Assembly: GCF_006345805.1 (NCBI RefSeq)
Contig: NC_043018.1
Span: 8,618,001-8,682,000, forward strand
Reading direction: 5' to 3'
From: Octopus sinensis
Taxonomy: Eukaryota
Length of the DNA stretch: 64,000 nucleotides
Shown piece by piece: positions 37,114 to 50,732 of the stretch (the first letter of the stretch is position 1; the number at the start of each line of letters is the position of its first letter). A model generated the notes under the pieces. That model was not told the DNA's origin. It saw only the letters and a program-made list of their open reading frames with translations, and did no database searches. The translations under genes and the position numbers were made by a program.

Positions 37114-37121
37114 CTGTACAT
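37114..37121 (-). CDS. Candidate start exon of an unidentified minus-strand gene (ATG TAC AG | GTAAGG)
   Basis: AAAC-ATG context, strong donor, and upstream CCAAT boxes (about 37270 and 37297-37307) in CpG-containing unique DNA. No downstream exon found. Confidence 0.35.
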
Positions 37122-38444
37122 GTTTATTTTTAAATCTCTTCTGAAACACACGTGTAGACAGACAAACGGGAGGGGAACACACGGTTCCAGCCCGAACGAA
37201 TAGATTTGTCTTGTGGGATGGATATGCTCCCGGGTAAATCAGGGCACTGGGTCTTAGAGTTTTTATTTATTGGTCGCAAAGCCACCTCATACATAGACCA
37301 ATATTGGGTCCCTAGACCCGGGTGAGGCCCTCGGACAACTACTTAGCCTGCTCACGCCCCTCTCTCATACACACACACACACACACGCAACCACACACAA
37401 ATGAATAATTATACGTGTGATTGTCTATCGCCCGACTGATGTTTTGCCGTGTGAGTGTGAATTATGTAACGGTTGCCTTAATCAGGGTGTTTAAGAGACT
37501 GATTATACGCACAGAAAGAGGACTCGGTAGAAAGGAATGAATATAGAGCAGAACATTTATTTATATTCAGACACAAAACACCCTATGATTGTACAAAGGT
37601 CTAATCACGAGGCTTGTACCAACATAATTTCGGAACCTTTGTGCAATGGTCGGATGCTGTTTATGTACACACGCACGCACGCACTCACCTCTGTCTCACA
37701 CACTGAAAGAGAAGACAAAACGTGATCAATAGATTCTTGCAAAACACTAGTCTCTTTGGATCCTACGATTCTACTATAATATTTACCTCTCGCTCTATGT
37801 CTTTCTCTCGTATTGTGTTTCTAGTTCTCTCCCACCTTATTTTAATGTTTATTCCTGAAGCGACCCATCGTTATTGCAGTCGTAAAACGAACAGTAAATA
37901 CAATGAAAATACAGTACAAACTCAAATAAATTTGACTTAACTTAAACAATGCTTTTTTTTTTTCATATTTTTAATATTAAATGTAATGCTGAGGTGCTGA
38001 ACACGCCCCCCCCCCATTTTTTGTGTGTGAATCCGGAAAAATGGACACTAATCATGGATCTTTACCTCACCTCCCGAAAAGATGTTACATGCTTACGGGA
38101 ATCGAACCTCGTATTTGCTATAAATTAGTATAACCCTGTTAAACACTGAACATATGTAATGTGTATGTCGCTCTCTCTAGTCATATATATATAGAGAGAG
38201 AGAGCACTCCTTCGGTATTGGTAGACGGCATCAATTACCTATGCAATCTTCCCTCACATATAAAGAGGCATTGCTGAAGAAGGGGGTGAACAATGTCTCC
38301 TCATATCGACACCCTGTATACCAATACCGTTGTTATATATATATATCAAATAAGGTTTCGCAAACTTTGAGAGACAGGAAAATAATTTCATTGTTAACTG
38401 TGAAACTTGAAGCAAATAAAGTTACAAATAGTGGCATGGAAATA

Positions 38445-40367
38445 CAAGGTGGTATCAAAATGTTCCCGGTCTAGTCATGTTTAATAAAAAATAACTTGTT
38501 TAGATAAGTTTTAACATGAGCCCCTTCGAAATAGTCACCTTGCACAGCAATACACCAGTCCCAGTGTTCCTGCCACTTTTGGAATCCAGCCTCAAAGTCA
38601 TTTTCTGTAAGCAGGTTGAGGACCTTGTGCAATTCGCCCTCAACAACGGTGTTAAAATGGAGACCTTTGAGGTACCTTTTCATCTTTAGGACGAGATGGA
38701 AGACCACAGGTTCTAAATCTGGTGGATGGGGCAGGTACGGAAGTGATACCATTTTGTTTTTGGCAAGAAACTCACAAGAGCGGAGAAGTTGGTGACAGGG
38801 TGCATTGTTGTTGTGAAGAATCCAGTTCTTTGTCCTCCACAGACCTGGTTGCTTTTGCTGAATGTCCTCCCTCAAATGCTTTAAAACATTGCTGTAGAAC
38901 TCATGATTGACAGACTGGCCCTGGGTGATGAATTCTTGATGTACAATATTGCGGATGTTGGAAAAATGATTTGCATGCTCTTGAGTGAATTGCAGCTCTG
39001 TTTCTTTCAGTCTTGGAGATGAAGGGCTCTTCCACTGTGATGACTACTGCTTTGTCTCTAAGGTGGTGAGCTGGCAGAAACGTTAGCACACCGGTCGAAA
39101 TGCCTAGCGGTATTTCGTCTGTCTTTACGTTCTGAGTTCAAATTCTGCCGAAGTCGACTTTGCCTTTCATCCTTTCGAGGTCGATTAAATAAATACCAGT
39201 TATGCACTGGAGTCAATGTAATTGACTTAATCCGTTTGTCTGTCCTTGTTTGTCCCCTTGTGGGCAGTAAAGAAATGGACTACTGCTTTGTCTCAAGGTC
39301 GTATCCATAGACTCAACTCTTGTCATTGGTGATGATCCTTGACATGAAGGACGGGTTGCCAGTGGCATGCTAACAAAGATCGTGACAGACTTTGATGCGG
39401 TGTTCTTTCTGCTCACTGGTCAGCAGACAGAGATTTCTTTATTATGATCATAAGATCTAATATAGAAGGACAGTACAGGACAATAGAAAACATTTATAAA
39501 GAAATACTCAGTGAGTTTTTTTTCAGTTCGGTTTTTTTTTTTTTTTACATAAAAATATATTAAGTTAAAAATAGATGATTTATATGATTAAAAATTTTGA
39601 TTTCCTTACATTTTTTTTCTTGTTGATCTATTATCCAACAGCTACATCCTTTTTGTTTTCCTCATGGTAGATTAAGTAGGGACACTCACTCCCAACTTCC
39701 TTACCACATCCTTCCATCTTTTCTCATCTATACTTCTAGACAGGTGTCTCCTTTCCAGCCTTATCTTGCTTTTCAGGTGATACCTGAAGTCGTAAAGCAT
39801 TCCAGTGCTGGAGATGCAGTGGTCAGCAGACAGAGGCAGACTTGGCAGAGACATGCTGAATGTTCACTTCAGATGTTAGGATTGCTTGCATGGACGCACA
39901 CGACAGACCAACGACATTAGCAATGTTGTTGATTGTCCTCCAATGATCCTTATGCACAAAATGGAACATTTTCTCCACATTTGTGGGGTGACGCTTCTGG
40001 CAGGTCTTCCCAGTCGCTCATCATCTTCCAGGAATGTTCTACTTTTGAAGTGCCCTTGCCACTTGAAATATTGGGTACAATCCATGGCCTCATTGCCATA
40101 AACTTGCTTAACCATGCTCAATGTCTCTGAAGCAAACTCCCCAAGATCATGTTGGCTCTTTGTTCCTGTCCATGACAAAATCACAGACTACTGCATCCAT
40201 GTGATCACAAAAACACAAATTTCACAATTTGTGAAGTGAACACAGCGATGTCATTTGACACACTGCCTCAAGAAGGACCCTGCTAGCTCTCACTGCACAT
40301 GCAAACATGTGCTGCCATCTGTTGGCATGATAAAGAACTAGTTCAGGAACTTTTTGATACCAGCTTG
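38445..40367 (-). mobile_element. Decayed near-full-length mariner element carrying SINE B and LINE insertions
   Basis: TA-flanked TIRs CAAGGTGGTATCAAAATGTTCC / GGAACTTTTTGATACCAGCTTG. ORF remnants WILHNNNAPCH..LPHPPDLEP..FHLVLKMK and LEDDERLGRP. Confidence 0.88.
39433..39819 (-). mobile_element. 5'-truncated Tx1/L1-like LINE 3' end inserted in the mariner
   Basis: 16-bp TSD TGGTCAGCAGACAGAG (39417-32, 39820-35). ORF end ..YDFRYHLKSKIRLERRHLSRSIDEKRWKDVVRKLG*. Terminal AATAAAGAAAT. Confidence 0.75.
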
Positions 40368-40456
40368 TATTAGGTTTAAAAAAAAAAAAAACTGTTTGGA
40401 TAGAAAAAGTCGAAGGTTGGCTGTGGGCACAAACCCACATCTGTAAACATATATAT

Positions 40457-40900
40457 ACTAACAGTATAGCCCGGCGTTGCTCGGGTTTGTTTTTTAGTTG
40501 CGCTTAAAACGGCAGACTTTGATGTCACGTTTACAAAGTTTTGACATAGCTTCAACTTTTTTTGAAAAGTAAAAATTTTGCATTATGTAGCTTGTTATTC
40601 TCTTTAAGTGAACATTTTTCTGGTTGAAATACACCGAAAACTGGCGACACAGCAGTCAAAAATTCGTAAAAAATAGGGATTTTCATAGAAAAAAAAAGCA
40701 CCTTTTTGATGTAAATAATTTTTGGTCTTAACATGGTCCGATTTGAATTTTTTCTTCTACAGAAGGAAGAGCAAGCCTTCTTCTATCATACTTTCAATTT
40801 TGGTCAACTTGCACCGCAGGGTCTAGGAGGAGATAGTGTTAGTTAGAGGCTACCAAACCTGTCACACACACACAGACAACTTCAACTTTGTATATAGAGA
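40457..40900. mobile_element. Non-autonomous Helitron-type (HINE/DINE-like) element
   Basis: Starts ACTAACAGTATAGCCCGGCGTTGCTCGGG (short hairpin) and ends ..CACACACACAGACAACTTCAACTTTGTATATAGAGAT. No TIR or TSD. Confidence 0.6.
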
Positions 40901-41399
40901 TATGTGTGTGTTCCCCACTTGTCTCTCATCCTCTCCTTCCCTCTCCCACTTTCACACAGGATTATCATTAATGCTCTCTACACTTCATACAATCACTAAT
41001 GTTGCCACCCCAACTCTCTATGTCCTACCACCACCACTACTGCTATTGTCATTATATAATCGTTGTTGTTTAGCCACTGGTTGACCCTTGTTAATTAGTC
41101 ATAATGACTAACAGATGTTCAAACCATGACCATCCCTTCTTCTTTACAGGAATGTTGTACTTTGGATTACAGTATCCTGTGTGTCCTTTTTAAAGATGCT
41201 TGGGTGTTGTTTGAGGGAGATTGGGTGCTATATCTGGTAGATCTAGCTAACTTGTAGAGATTCCCTTGTTTGTATTATTTCGGAGCAGAATTGGTAGAAT
41301 TGGTAGAGCACCACACAAAACAACCTGTGCTGTTCTGTTGAGTACCTTTGACATTTTAACAGTTCAAATGTGTCTTTCAATCTCTTGGTGGTGGTGGTG

Positions 41400-41845
41400 G
41401 GAGTCTGTATAATTGATCCCACCCTCTGCTTCCGCTGCAGGGCTATACACACCTTCAAAGCCACAGTCGAACCAATTCTACTTATATGGCTCAGAAACCT
41501 GGACGTTATCAAAGAAGTTGGAGAGGCGGTTGGATGGAACCTACACTCGCCTCCTTATGAGAGCTCAAAATCTCTCGTGGAAGCGTCATCCAACCAAAGT
41601 ACAAATATATGGGAAACTACCACCTGTATCATCTCTTGTGAAAGGTAGGAGAGTCCAGTTTGCTGGACATTGCTGTAGAGCTGAAAACGAAGTAATTTCT
41701 ACTCTTCTCCTCTGGAAGCCATCTACTCGTGATACCAGAGGGTGCACACTCTCCTACCCTGATGTAATCTTCAGGGATACAGGCATCCAGCAACAGGACC
41801 TCCGTAATGCTATGATGGACCGTGAAGTCTGGCGTAACATAGTAA
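41400..41845 (+). mobile_element. RTE-clade LINE ORF2 C-terminal fragment
   Basis: ORF 41413-41883: LYGSETWTLSKKLERRLDGTYTRLL..QFAGHCCR..MMDREVWR, typical post-RT region of RTE elements. Confidence 0.85.
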
Positions 41846-42663
41846 ATGATGATACACACCTTGAAAAGAATGTGGTCATGTGACTGTTAGTTATTAAAGG
41901 TGTGGAGGATGTACATGTGGGGTGAGGGACATGTGTGTATGAAGTCCATTAGGTTATACAAGAGGGTTGTGGTTGATTAAATTGATCCACGCATATACTG
42001 ACCAGTGTTTATTGAAATGACTCCATCCCTGGAAGCATGGAAATGTAAAGTTTGAACTTGTATGGACTGATCCTTCTGTTTTCCATAAAATACTGAAGAA
42101 CCTAAGGAAGGAATTTCAACCGTGTTTCGTGGTCTGCTACCACAACAGCTCCTTTATAGGATCCAGTTAGCTCAAGACATCATCAAGAGGAACCACATCT
42201 GGTTTCGGCCCCTACTCCTCTACTGTTTTGACGTGTCGGGCCCCATCCTTTCGGAGGTGTCTTCAGCTCTGGTGTTGGGTGCATGTCTTCTTTCTCCTTG
42301 TTTCTACTGTTCCCTGGCCTCTTCTATGTAGCGTCAAGGAGTGTCAGCGGGCGACTGACTGGTTTTTGTCTTCTTGGACTCACCCACAGAGCTGTAGGGC
42401 AGTGCAGATAGATTACCTGCTACCAAGGCTAAGGAACCTTGTCTACCCAACCCTAGGCAGATGTTATGGCTAAAACTAGAGGTCCATTGGTCTCAGTGTG
42501 GCATTGCACCGTACTTGGCCATCATGGCACTGTACTTGGCCATCATGGCCAGCTTTTGTGGTGTGTCCTGCTGTTATTGCTAGATAAGAGACACTGGTTC
42601 CACACTGGGGGATCATCCAGCCTTCTGACCTCTTAGCAACTGTGATGCAGTGATCTGGTGAAG

Positions 42664-42724
<61 letters not shown>

Positions 42725-43329
42725 TAAGGCGGTGAGCTGGCAGAATCGTTAGCATGCCAGGCGAAATGCTTAGCGGTATTTCGTCTGCCACTCCGTTCTG
42801 AGTTCAAATTCTGCCGAGGTTGACTTTGCCTTTCAGCCTTTCGGGGTTGATAAATTTAGTACCAGTTACGCACTGGGGTTGATGTAATCGACTATCCATT
42901 TGTCTGTCCTAGTTTCTCCTCTCTGTGTTTAGGTTATAGTGTAGGTTGTACTGGATTACATCTTAGTCACTAGTACTCATTACAATAGCATTTAGAGCAA
43001 CCTCTCTCTCTCTCTCTCACACACACACACTGTCTTTCGTTCATTCATAAACACACACACACACAAACACATTCTCTTCTCTCCTCTCTCACTCTCTCAC
43101 ATATACAACATATATTCTCACACATACTCTCTCTCCCTCACATATACATTGTCTGTTTCTCTCATATGTTTCCTTCTCCTCCTCCTCCTCCTTTCTCTCT
43201 TACCCCCCCTCCCTCTCACAATGAAGCCAATAAAGATGGATTATTGCTGTTGAGATATGCCGCACTGTTTGACACTGAGAGAGATATTACAATAGAGATG
43301 ATTTGTGTGTGTGCGTGTGTGTGTGTGTG

Positions 43330-43523
43330 TTTATGTATATATATATATATATATATGTATATGTATGTATGTATATGTATGTATATGTATGTATGTATAT
43401 GTATGTATATATATATGTATGTATATATATATGTATGTATATATATATGTATGTATATATATATGTATGTATGTATATATGTATGTATATATGTATGTAT
43501 ATATGTATGTATATATGTATGTG

Positions 43524-43582
<59 letters not shown>

Positions 43583-43613
43583 GTATGTATATGTATGTAT
43601 GTATATATGTATG

Positions 43614-43656
<43 letters not shown>

Positions 43657-43729
43657 GTATATATATATGTATGTATATATATATGTATGTATATATATGT
43701 ATATGTATGTATGTATATATGTATGTATG

Positions 43730-43778
<49 letters not shown>

Positions 43779-44084
43779 GTATATGTATGTATGTATATGT
43801 ATGTATGTATATATATGTATATGTATGTATGTATATGTATGTATGTATGTATATGTATGTATGTATATATATGTATATGTATGTATATATATGTATATAT
43901 ATGTATATATATGTATATGTATGTATGTATATATATGTATATGTATGTATGTATGTATATGTATGTATGTATATGTATATATATGTATATGTATGTATGT
44001 ATGTATATGTATGTATATGTATGTATGTATATGTATGTATATATATGTATATGTATATATATATATGTATATGTATGTATGTGA
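43330..44084. repeat. Compound (TATG)n/(TA)n microsatellite, about 750 bp
   Basis: Read directly. Explains the long Y/M/I/V/C ORFs in the track. Confidence 0.97.
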
Positions 44085-44275
44085 CTGTGTGTACTGTTGG
44101 CGATTTTTTTTCCCTCTGTCTTCCCTTCTCTGGATCTTTCCTTCTCCTATGTTTCCGACGAAGAGCTCCGCTCGAAACATTAAACCCTCCTTCTTCCCTT
44201 CCTTCCTGAGCGTCCAATAACACTATATTTGTTCCGCATTCTCGCGTTGTTGTGTTTTCAGGTTGGATTAACTAT
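44085..44275 (+). mobile_element. Short non-autonomous Penelope-like element with degenerate hammerhead motif, embedded between microsatellites
   Basis: GTTT-CCGACGA-A-GAGC-TCC-GCTC-GAAAC-ATT-AAAC at 44151-44175 (stem I GTTT/AAAC). The upstream flank TCTCTGGA..CTTTCC is shared with the 17415-17465 copy. Confidence 0.5.
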
Positions 44276-44279
44276 GTAT

Positions 44280-44312
<33 letters not shown>

Positions 44313-46199
44313 AGTATGTGTGTGTATGTATATATATATAAAAGTGCGTATGCTTGAAATGTCAAAATCCTTCCATTTTTTTCCTGAGAGCCAAACTAAA
44401 TACAGTACACCTTGTTTGTTGTTCCTTCGCTTGTCCTCTGCCTTTTGTTTTTTGTTTCTTTGTACAATTTCGAGCCATATATTATTATCATCATTGTTTT
44501 AATGTCCACTTTTCCATGCTTGCATAAGTCGTGCATGTTTCTGTGTGTCATAGTGGTGACCAAAATGACTGCTGACAGGAAGGACATCTGGTCATAAAGT
44601 GCAGTCTCAGATGACCTTCCCAACCCAACACTACTTGGGAAACACGTGCCAAATTATGAGCATATATATATATATATATTAATAAATAAAACATGCATAT
44701 ATATAAACATATATGTACGTACCTACCTCTACATGTACATATACACGCATATATGAGTACAGGACACCAAAGGGACGTCGAACACAAGAGGAACGAAAAC
44801 ATAGACACAAACCCAAGGAACAGGACACTTTTTTAAACAACAAAAAAATAGAGTACAGGACAATTAACACAAAGAAAAAACCCCTTCTTCTGTTGCTATG
44901 GTTTCTTCTACTCTACGTTTCGAAGGTGAAAGCGAGACGTATCTTCGACACTCTTTTACTTGTTTCAGTCATTTGACTGTGGCCATGCTGGAGCACCACC
45001 TTTAGTTGAGCGAATCGACCCCAGGACTTACTCTTCGTAAGCCTAGTACTTATTCCATCAGTCTCTTTTGCCGACCCGCTTTGTTGGGGGGACAAACATA
45101 TACACACACATATATATATATATAGGACGGGCTTCTTTCAGTTTCCGTCTACCAAATCCACTCACGAGGCTTTGGTTGGCCCGAGGCTATAGTAGAAGAC
45201 ACTTACCCAAGGTGCCATGCAGTGGGAATGAACCCGGAACCATGTGGTTGGTAAGCAAGCTACTTACCACACAGCCACTCCTGTGCCTATATACATACAT
45301 ACATATATATATATACTCTTTTACTCTTTTCAGTCATTTGACTGCGGCCATGCTGGAGCACCGCCTTTAATTGAGCAACTCGACCCCGGGACTTATTCTT
45401 TTTGTAAGCCCGGTACTTATTCTATCAGTCTCTTTTTGCCGAACCGCTAAGTAACGGGGACATAAACACACCAGCATCGGTTGTCAAGCAATGCTAGGGG
45501 GACAAACACAGACACACAAACACACACACACACACATATATATATATACATATATACGACGGGCTTCTTTCAGTTTCTGTCTACCAAATCCACTCACAAG
45601 GCTTTGGTCGGCCCGAGGCTATAGTAGAAGACACTTACCCATGCTGCCATGGAGTGGGACTGAACCCGGAACTGTGTGATTGGTAAACAAGCTACTTACC
45701 ACACAGCCACTATATATATATAGTGTAATGGAGATACTGAGATGTAGTAATACATAGATAAACAGGGAAGAAGAAAGAGAGCCGGACAGACAGACAGATT
45801 GATATGGTGGGAGTAAGTGGATAATAGAAAAGGAAAAGAATTGTTTAAAATGATAATCAGAAAAGCTGTGTGTGTGTGTGTGTGTGATTTTTGCTCTTTG
45901 ATACTCAGGCTTTTGTGTGTGTATATGTACTTTTATTCCTGCTTCCTTACCCCCACCTCTGTTGTTCAGTCTACACTTTCACCTCCACCCTGCTGCCCTC
46001 CCCCACACACCAAGCACCTTATCTTTCCAGCAGGAGAACTCAGTCTTTCCTTCCTTCCCACCCCCCCTCGCCGCCGCCAACTCCCCGATTCCTACTGATT
46101 TCTGTATTTAAAGATATCGATTCTGGTTCCTGTGTTTATTCTTTGGAGGAAAGAAAGGAAAGTAATGGAACTTCCTCCCCTTCCACACACACACACACA

Positions 46200-46287
46200 C
46201 ACTTTTTCTCTGTCTCTGTGTCTCTCTGTCTCTCTCTCTTTCTCTCTGTCTCTCTCTCTTTCTCTCTGTCTCTCTCTCTTTCTTCTT

Positions 46288-46321
<34 letters not shown>

Positions 46322-46462
46322 ACTGTCTCTCTCTTTCTCTGTCTCTCTCTCCCTCTCTTTCTCTCTGTCTTTCTCCCCCTCTCTCTCTTTCTCTCTCTCT
46401 GTCTTTCTCTCTGTCTCTCTCTCTCTTTCTCTCTGTCTCTTTCTCTCTCTCTGTCTCTTTCT
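46200..46462. repeat. (TC)n/(TCTG)n polypyrimidine tract, about 260 bp
   Basis: Read directly. Confidence 0.95.
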
Positions 46463-47160
46463 CTATTACTTCCTGCTGGTTGAGTAATAAGATAATAGAA
46501 TATATAGATTGATTGATTGGGAGATAGGGTCTGGCTCTGTGTGGGGTGGGGTGGGGGGGCAGATGAATCCTCTGGCAGCAAAGAATCCCTTTGTGTGTGT
46601 GTGTTGGAATGATTACAGCTTCAATATCTTTGCCCAGGGGTTTGCTCTCCTCCTCCCCACCGCACTTCCAACTTTATCTCTGCTCTCTCTGTATGTGTGG
46701 TCATGGGTGAAACAACTTTTGTTAGATTTGCTGGAGCTGAGGTTTCCTCTCCCTCTCTCTCTCCTCTCTACACCTCTTCCTCTGTCTTTGTAAATCCCCT
46801 CCTCTCGTTTGCTCAATGTGTGTAGGAGATAGTCATGGTTGGAACGTCTCAGGTCCTAAAGTCTCTGGATGATGATCTCCTCCTTTTTCCCCTCTCTCCC
46901 ATTTTAGCTTCACTGCCAACTCCACCTTTGTCCAGTGTGTGTATATAAATGTATGTGCCTGTAAGGGCCTCAGTATGTATGTGTGTGTATGCCTGTGTTG
47001 GTGTATGCCGGTATATGTATATGTATCTGTATGTATGTGTGTCTATGTATGTATGCCTGTCTGTGTATGAGTATGTGTATGTCAATTGTGTATGCCTATA
47101 TGTGTTTGTGTGTGTCTATGTGTATGCCTATATGTCTGTGTATGGATATGTGTGTATGCC

Positions 47161-48078
47161 TGTATGTGTCAGTGTATGCTTGTATGTGTCAGTGTATGCT
47201 TGTATGTGTCAGTGTATGCTTGTATGTGTCAGTGTATGCCTGTATGTGTCAGTGTATGCCTGTATGTGTCAGTGTATGCCTGTATGTGTCAGTGTATGCC
47301 TGTATGTGTCAGTGTATGCCTGTATGTGTCAGTGTATGCCTGTATGTGTCAGTGTATGCCTGTATGTGTCAGTGTATGCCTGTATGTGTCAGTGTATGCT
47401 TGTATGTGTCAGTGTATGCCTGTATGTGTCAGTGTATGCCTGTATGTGTCAGTGTATGCCTGTATGTGTCAGTGTATGCTTGTATGTGTCAGTGTATGCC
47501 TCTATGTGTCAGTGTATGCCTGTATGTGTCAGTGTATGCTTGTATGTGTCAGTGTATGCCTCTATGTGTCAGTGTATGCCTGTATGTGTCAGTGTATGCC
47601 TGTATGTGTCAGTGTATGCCTGTATGTGTCAGTGTATGCCTCTGTGTCAGTGTATGCCTCTATGGGTCAGTGTATGCCTGTATGTGTCAGTGTATGCCTG
47701 TATGTGTCAGTGTATGCCTGTATGTGTCAGTGTATGCCTGTATGTGTCAGTGTATGCCTGTATGTGTCAGTGTATGCTTGTATGTGTCAGTGTATGCCTG
47801 TATGTGTCAGTGTATGCCTGTATGTGTCAGTGTATGCCTGTATGTGTCAGTGTATGCCTGTATGTGTCAGTGTATGCCTGTATGTGTCAGTGTATGCTTG
47901 TATGTGTCAGTGTATGCCTGTATGTGTCAGTGTATGCCTGTATGTGTCAGTGTATGCCTGTATGTGTCAGTGTATGCTTGTATGTGTCAGTGTATGCCTG
48001 TATGTGTCAGTGTATGCCTGTATGTGTCAGTGTATGCCTCTATGTGTCAGTGTATGCCTGTATGTGTCAGTGTATGCC
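47161..48078. repeat. 20-bp minisatellite (TGTATGTGTCAGTGTATGCC) x about 46
   Basis: 24 units, one 18-bp unit, one variant unit, then 20 units. Variants GCT for GCC and TCT for TGT. Confidence 0.97.
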
Positions 48079-50450
48079 TGTTTGTGTATGGATGTGTGTG
48101 TGTATGTGCCTGTTTGCGTATATGGGGGGATGAGTCAACCATAAGCCATTCATTTTTCTGTCCTGGGTTAATGTCAATTTATAAGAAGACCTCTATCACT
48201 AACCACAACCCTGTGGTAGGGGTGGTGGTGCTGTATCTACCCCCATTGATTGTGTCCCCCTTCTGACCTCTGGTTGACACTCAACAAGAAAACCCACAAA
48301 CAAACAAACAAACAAACAAACCTCTATGTTGCTTGCTCTACAAGAAACAACAACTAAATCTCTTTCGGATCACACACACAGACTCATTCTTCATTTCCTT
48401 GAGTTCAAATCTTATTGAGGTCAACTTTGATTTTCCTCTTTCTGGGTCGATGAAATAAAGGACCAGTCGGATACTGGGGTCGTGGGTGAGGTGGGGGTGG
48501 GGGCCTCAGTCACCCACCCCATCAACCCCTGCCATCCTCTTCAAACTGCTGTCCTTGGACCTAAATTAACCCTTTAGTATTTAGATTTCTCTGTCAAATG
48601 TAATCCGCTTATTTATTCACATTGATTCATTTTAGTCCTGCATTAACTTTTAGCTTTGATATTTCAACAACATACTCTTTTACTTGTTTCAGTCATTTGA
48701 CTGTGGCCATGCTGGAGCACCGCCTTTGGTCGAGCAAATCGACCCCAGGACTTATTCTTTATAAGCCTAGTACTTATTCTATCAGTCTATTTTTTGCCGA
48801 ACCGCTAAGTTACGGGGACGTAAACACACCAGCATCGGTTGTCAAGCGATGTTGCGGGGACAAACACAGACACACAAACATACACGCACACACATACATA
48901 TATATATATATATATACATATATATGACGGGCTTCTTTCAGTTTCCGTCTACCAAATCCACTCACAAGGTTTTGGTCGGCCCGAGGCTATAGTAGAAGAC
49001 ACTTGCCCAAGGTGCCATGCAGTGGGACTGAACCCAGAACCATGTGGTTGGTAAGCAAGCTACTTACCACACAGCCACTCCAAGTACAAGAGGCCTGATC
49101 TTGCCAGTTTGAAGATGAAAACAGGTAGATTATTTTGGCTGGTTTAAATGCTAAAGGGTTCATCATCATCATCGTTTAACATCTGCTTTCCATGCTGGCA
49201 TGGGTTGGACCAGATGGCTGCACCACGCTCCAGTCTTGATCTGGCAGTCTTTCTACAACTGGATGCCCTTCCTAACGCCAACCACTCTGAGAATGTAGTG
49301 GGTGTTTTTACCTGCCACCGGCTCGGGGGCCAGTCAGGTGGTACTGGCAACGACAACGACCTCGATTGAATTTTTTTACACATGCCAACAGCACAGGTGC
49401 CAGTAAGGCAATGCTGGTAACGATCCCGCTCGAATGGTGCCTCCTACATGCCACCGGCACGGAAGCCAGTTAGCCGTTGTGGCAACGATCATGCTTAGAT
49501 GGTGCTCTTAGCACCCTACTAGCACGGGGCACGAGTGCCAGTAAGGCGAAGCTGGTAACGATCTCACTCGAATGGTGCCTTTTATGTGCCACTGGCACGG
49601 AAGCCGGTTAGCTGCTCTGGCGACTATCACGCTCGGACGGTGCTCATGCCCGTCATTTTTGGGTGGTAGACGGTGGCATACTGGCTGAATCATTAGCACA
49701 CCAGACAAAATAAATGCTTAGCAACTTGTACATTCATCTTTACAATCTGAGGTTTTGAGTTCAAATGCTGCTGAGGTCAACTTTACCTTTCGTCCTTTTG
49801 GTGATTAATGATGTAAGTACCAGTTGAGCACTGGAGAGCCTCCTCTTCCAAAATTCCAGGTCTTGTGCCTATAATGGAAACGGTTATCAAGGATGGTGGA
49901 TTGGCAAAATTATTATTTTAGTGGTGATATTATTGTTTGTGTTGTATTGTTTGCCTGTTTTATTTTGTGTCCCCCTCCCAGCATCAAAGAGTCTTTGTGC
50001 CTCTTGCCGCCATGTGTGAAGTGCTATTACAGGGTGTGAAATGATATGCCGCAACTAGGAATATAACACTTGACAATATGAAAAAGATGACTGTCCAATT
50101 CCTCTTTTAGACTTTGCTTTTTTTTCTCTCACTTATGTACAACTAACATAAAAGCAAAGTAGCTTGTGAGAAAATCTCTACCAAATAGCCATGTTGAAGT
50201 GGCAATTAACATTACTTCTTTCTTTCTCTCTTCTCTCTCCACATTTTGTGTGTGTGTGTGTGTATATATATATGTATATATTTATGTACTCATAGGATAT
50301 TGGAATATTGCATATATACCATTATGCCAAAAAAATGGATTTACAACTTCTATACCCATACATATCTTGCATCTATTTTCTTTCCTCCACCTCACTCTCT
50401 ATTTTGTATCACATCTAAACCAACTATGACTTAATTATCCTCTCACACTG

Positions 50451-50499
50451 TCTCTGATGAAGGGATATAATTAATAAATATCCTAGAAACAGCTGTAAG
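50451..50499 (+). ncRNA. Minimal type I hammerhead ribozyme-like motif (Penelope-type)
   Basis: CTGATGA (50454-60), A, stem II GGGATAT/ATATCCT, A, GAAA, palindromic stem III ACAGCTGT, GUA triplet (50495-97). Stem I is only about 2 bp. Confidence 0.6.
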
Positions 50500-50732
50500 T
50501 CCTTCTATCTATAAATGCTCTAATATTTATACAGCCTGGAATTTTTATCTTATTACACAAAAAATTCTTATATATATATAAATAAGAGAATTTGAGTTCG
50601 AATTGCATGTGTCTCGAATGAGCTGGAGAATTTCTATTTTGGATATATTTGGGGTTCTTAATTGTGCTCATGACTTAGTGTTTGCTGCTTCCATGGGTAT
50701 GAGTAAGTATTTCATTTATTTCTTTGCCGCAT

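Noticed and set aside
42120-42160. Minus-strand hammerhead remnant (GTGGT/ACCAC-GAAAC)
   Set aside because: The CUGANGA strand is absent.
43166-44223. Five long ORFs (259-347 aa)
   Set aside because: Translations of the (TATG)n/(TA)n microsatellite, which lacks stops in these frames.
44262-44275. Plus-strand mini-exon after ttgtgttttcag
   Set aside because: Lies in the tail of the Penelope-like element.
45891-46581. SL-rich and RE-rich ORFs
   Set aside because: Translations of the (TC)n tract.
47161-48078. CRISPR-like array
   Set aside because: Contiguous tandem units with no unique spacers, eukaryotic context, no cas genes.
46949-48266. Cys-rich ORFs of 352-427 aa
   Set aside because: Translations of the 20-bp minisatellite, open in all three plus frames, with no splice or domain evidence.
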